Of a stretch of DNA of 7,486 nucleotides, positions 5,222 through 7,486 are shown piece after piece. Source of the DNA: a virus (lineage: Duplodnaviria; Heunggongvirae; Uroviricota; Caudoviricetes); the IMG/VR virus record IMGVR_UViG_2540341028_000010. One strand, 5' to 3'. Both the position numbers and the translations under genes were made by a program. The notes under the pieces were generated by a model that searched no databases, had not been told where the DNA came from, and saw only the letters and a list, made by a program, of their open reading frames with translations. The stretch's first letter is position 1, and the number at the start of each line of letters is the position of its first letter.

Positions 5222-6058
5222 CTACCATTTGTTCTTTTTTTGAGCAGCCATCTGATGATATTTTTCCCTGAAGGCTGCCGGGGAGATATTCCCCAGACGA
5301 GAGTGACGACGCTGACGATTGTAGAAAATCTCAATGTATTCCCGTATTACTGAGATGGCTTCATCCCGGTTATTAAAACGATAGTGGCTCAGGCTCTCAT
5401 TTTTCAGCGTTCCCCAGAAGCTTTCCATCGGAGCGTTGTCGTAACAGTGACCTTTACGCGACATTGATGTTTTCAGACCAGACTGCTCCTGTATGACCCG
5501 GTAATCGTATGCGCAGTACTGTGAACCTCGATCAGAGTGGTGGATTAGCCCGGCAGGTGGGCGTTGGCTCCTGAGCGCCATAAACAGGGCTTTACCTGTC
5601 AGCTCTTTTGTCATGCGCTCTCCCATGGCGTAGCCGACAATTTCGCACGTATAAACATCTTTGATGCCAGCGAGGTACAACCATCCCTCCTGTGTGGCAA
5701 CATACGTCAGGTCCGCCACCCAGACCTGATTTGGTGCTGTAGGAGCGAACGTCTGGTTCAGCAGATTTGGCGCAACTGGAAGATTGTGGTTCGGGTTCGT
5801 AGTCGCTCTGAACTTGCGTTTCTGCTTACAGCGTAGCCTTAGCTCCTTACGAAGACGTGCCAGTCGGTCACGACCAACGATGATGCCATTCTCTGCCAGC
5901 TCCGTCTGGAGCCGCCGGGTTCCATATGTTTCGCGAGTGCGGATATGTGCCACCTTAATCTCCAGTTTTAGCCGCTCATCACTTTGTTTTCTGTCTGAGG
6001 GTTCATGCTGTACCCAGTTGTAATAACCGCTCCTGGATACACCAAATACCTGACACAT
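5222..6058 (-). CDS. IS3-family transposase OrfB (DDE catalytic domain), 278 aa from the first ATG; normally expressed as an OrfAB fusion
   Basis: Contains the DDE region ...PNQVWVADLTYVATQEGWLYLAGIKDVYTCEIVGYAMGERMT...HHSDRGSQYCA...DNAPMESFWGTLKNE.... The -1 frame is open from the slippery site at 6139-6145 through to the stop at 5222-5224 with no interruption. Confidence 0.85.
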   Translation of the reverse strand: MCQVFGVSRSGYYNWVQHEPSDRKQSDERLKLEIKVAHIRTRETYGTRRLQTELAENGIIVGRDRLARLRKELRLRCKQKRKFRATTNPNHNLPVAPNLLNQTFAPTAPNQVWVADLTYVATQEGWLYLAGIKDVYTCEIVGYAMGERMTKELTGKALFMALRSQRPPAGLIHHSDRGSQYCAYDYRVIQEQSGLKTSMSRKGHCYDNAPMESFWGTLKNESLSHYRFNNRDEAISVIREYIEIFYNRQRRHSRLGNISPAAFREKYHQMAAQKKNKW

Positions 6059-6093
6059 CGCTTCAATGGGAAATTGTTGTCGCCATTGTTCGA

Positions 6094-6396
6094 TTAACGC
6101 GTATTTTTCAGCGACTCCTGTGCAAAATACGCTGTTGCTTTTTTTAATATATCTCGCTCAAGGCGAGCTTCATTTAACGCCTTACGCAGTTGCAGAATTT
6201 CAGATTCCAGTTCAGCCACCGTGCGGGAACCAGGAGTACCGAGCCCTTTTCTGGCGGCGGTAACCCATTGTCCTAAAGTGCCTTCAGGAAGGGATAATCG
6301 GGAAGCGCCTTCACTGATCGAAAGTTGATTTTCAAGAACCGTTCTGACAGCTTCGGCTTTGAACTCTTTAGAGTAACGTTGGTTTTTTCTGCTCAT
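6094..6396 (-). CDS. IS3-family transposase OrfA (HTH plus leucine zipper), 100 aa
   Basis: MSRKNQRYSKEFKAEAVRTVLENQLSISEGASRLSLPEGTLGQWVTAARKGLGTPGSRTVAELESEILQLRKALNEARLERDILKKATAYFAQESLKNTR, with the classic ILKKATAYFA motif at the frameshift region. Confidence 0.85.
   Translation of the reverse strand: MSRKNQRYSKEFKAEAVRTVLENQLSISEGASRLSLPEGTLGQWVTAARKGLGTPGSRTVAELESEILQLRKALNEARLERDILKKATAYFAQESLKNTR
6139..6145 (-). other. Programmed -1 ribosomal frameshift heptamer (A AAA AAA, followed by G) linking orfA to orfB of the IS600-like element
   Basis: Plus-strand T7 run at 6139-6145 is A7 on the minus strand, then G at 6138. orfA frame reads TTA AAA AAA GCA; the -1 frame continues open into orfB (...KKSNSVFCTGVAEKYALIEQWRQQFPIEAMCQVFGVS...). 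Confidence 0.6.
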
Positions 6397-6707
6397 TATT
6401 AGCTCCTTCTGATGCCATTCTATTCAGGAAGGAGTGTCCGTTAAACTCAGGCTACCTCAGCCCGACCGGGAGACTCCTCTGCGCGAGTGTGCGGGGATAA
6501 TCAAAAACGATACACACCGGGGTTTACCGCGTTAACGGAGCGCGGCGTTGTCCCCTCATGGTCGCTGGTCCGGTGCGATGGTGGAAGAAACCGGACGATG
6601 TGTTACCTCGCAAGCTCTGTTATGTCATGTGTCTGATTTGTGATTTAAGTCGGATAATTGTCGTTGCCATTAAGCAGAGGATTGATGACCGACAGGGTGG
6701 CATTGTT

Positions 6708-6724
6708 AGAATAAGACTTATTCT
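6708..6724. promoter_or_regulatory. 17-bp perfect palindrome (AGAATAAG-A-CTTATTCT), candidate operator just upstream of the lipoprotein gene
   Basis: agaataagacttattct: 8-bp arms that are exact reverse complements around a single central base. Lies about 20 bp upstream of the ATGs at 6739/6745. Confidence 0.35.
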
Positions 6725-6744
6725 TATCTGTGCCGGGAATGAAA

Positions 6745-7071
6745 ATGAAAAGAAACCTTCCGTTAATTATTTTGTTGTCTTCTCTGGTTATGGGCTGTAC
6801 GCAACATAAAACAGATATGCCCCGACAGTTGGTTAAGGCATTACCACAATATCCGGCCTATGCAGCGGCAAATTATATAAAGGGACGGGTTGATGTGAAG
6901 TTTGATATTGGTGCTGATGGTACTGTCACCCGAATTGAGTTTATCCGTTCAGAGCCGCACCATTTGTTTGATGAGCAGGTTGTAAAGGCGATGGCAAAAT
7001 GGCGATTTGAGAAGGACAGGCCGTGTAAAGGCGTGAAGAAAACGTTTATCTTTAGTCCTTCTGCACCCTGA
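6745..7071 (+). CDS. Small lipoprotein with TonB C-terminal (TonB_C)-like domain, about 108 aa
   Basis: Signal peptide with lipobox-like LVMGC (MKRNLPLIILLSSLVMGC). Mature part LPQYPAYAAANYIKGRVDVKFDIGADGTVTRIEFIRSEPHHLFDEQVVKAMAKWRFEKDRP fits the TonB_C pattern (YP..A....I.G.V.V.F.I...G.V.........F.......A...WRF). GGGA lies 6 nt upstream of ATG 6745; in-frame ATG 6739 and GTG 6730 are alternative starts. Confidence 0.7.
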   Translation: MKRNLPLIILLSSLVMGCTQHKTDMPRQLVKALPQYPAYAAANYIKGRVDVKFDIGADGTVTRIEFIRSEPHHLFDEQVVKAMAKWRFEKDRPCKGVKKTFIFSPSAP

Positions 7072-7202
7072 TTATTTCATCAGAAATTAATTATCACTCT
7101 GTTGTTATTCTGTACATCCCGGCAGGGTAAGTCTTGTTCCGTCGGATATGAAGATGAAATATTGTTGGAGGACAGTGGGTACCTGCTCCTGTAACCGAAC
7201 GT

Positions 7203-7403
7203 TCATTTCTCGTTATTTTTCATGCTGGCCGGGCGCAGATGCGTTGCATCTGTTGCCAGCCTTCTCCTGCAGGCTTCAATAACCCACGCTGAAAAGTTTC
7301 CTGAACCTTTCAGATCAAGAGCGATGTTAATTTGTTCAATCATCTGGTTTGGAAATCGGATGTTGCGGGTTGTTGTTCTGCGGGTTCTGTTCTTTGATGA
7401 CAT
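7203..7403 (-). CDS. Small ribbon-helix-helix (Arc/MetJ/CopG-like) putative DNA-binding protein, 66 aa
   Basis: Minus-strand ATG at 7401-7403 with ggggaaa SD upstream. Basic N-terminus then IRFPNQMIEQINIALDLKGSGNFSAWVIEACRRRL, which looks like a beta-strand followed by two helices as in RHH folds. Convergent with the lipoprotein gene. Confidence 0.6.
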   Translation of the reverse strand: MSSKNRTRRTTTRNIRFPNQMIEQINIALDLKGSGNFSAWVIEACRRRLATDATHLRPASMKNNEK

Positions 7404-7486
7404 AATGTTTCCCCATATTCAGTGTTGCTGATTTGTATTATCTGAAGTTGCTTTTACGTTAATTTGATGCAGATCAATCAATACGA

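Larger units (their letters stand above)
5197..6459 (-). mobile_element. IS3-family insertion sequence, IS600-like (about 1263 bp), apparently intact
   Basis: Imperfect terminal inverted repeats with TG...CA ends: tgaggtgtactggcaatagcggac at 5197-5220 versus the reverse complement of 6436-6459 (tgaggtagcctgagtttaacggac), 16/24 identical with the terminal TGAGGT and CGGAC conserved. orfA and orfB on the minus strand with an A7G slippery run. Flanked by GCC direct repeats at 5194-5196 and 6460-6462. Confidence 0.8.

Noticed and set aside
5564-6263. Plus-strand ORFs 5564-5836, 5784-6023 and 6066-6263 inside the IS600-like element
   Set aside because: They are antisense to the transposase orfA/orfB, which have strong family signatures.
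527-6459. Possible composite transposon formed by the two flanking IS elements
   Set aside because: The two elements are different IS3-family members (IS629-like and IS600-like) with unrelated terminal repeats, so they would not be mobilised as a unit by one transposase. The arrangement more likely reflects independent insertions and an IS-mediated deletion.
6558-6809. 83-aa plus-strand ORF overlapping the lipoprotein gene start
   Set aside because: It is out of frame with the well-supported lipoprotein ORF and spans the upstream non-coding region including the palindrome. No RBS, and the translation is low-complexity.
7222-7431. 69-aa plus-strand ORF
   Set aside because: It is antisense to the RHH-like gene, which has a better start context and a recognisable fold pattern.
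1-7486. CRISPR array or other regularly spaced direct repeats
   Set aside because: No repeated 25-40 bp units with uniform spacers were seen. The only clear repeats are the IS terminal inverted repeats and the 17-bp palindrome.

Overview
Enterobacterial (E. coli/Shigella-like) chromosomal window dominated by two IS3-family insertion sequences bracketing a decayed lambdoid-prophage lysis module. All identifications are from reading the sequence and recalled family knowledge; no database search was run. Layout: (1) 21-526 (-) is the 3' ~168 codons of the DEAD-box helicase gene dbpA, cut off by (2) an IS629/IS3411-like element at 527-1837 (+) whose orfB carries a frameshift. (3) 1838-5196 is a prophage remnant: the 3' stub of an unidentified gene, two small ORFs, an S21-type pinholin, a DUF1327-like gene, a SAR endolysin, a terminator-like hairpin plus two small membrane-protein ORFs, an Rz/Rz1 spanin pair that looks internally deleted, and a 74-aa ORF. 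(4) An IS600-like element sits at 5197-6459 (-) with a 3-bp GCC target duplication and an intact -1 frameshift window. (5) Beyond it lie a 17-bp perfect palindrome, a small lipoprotein gene with a TonB C-terminal-like domain (6745-7071, +) and a convergent ribbon-helix-helix-like regulator gene (7203-7403, -). No rRNA, tRNA or CRISPR array was seen. The most interesting items are the two-gene small-membrane-protein insert between endolysin and spanin, the apparent deletion that removes the Rz1 signal peptide, and the stand-alone TonB_C lipoprotein with its palindrome. ORF coordinates include the stop codon.
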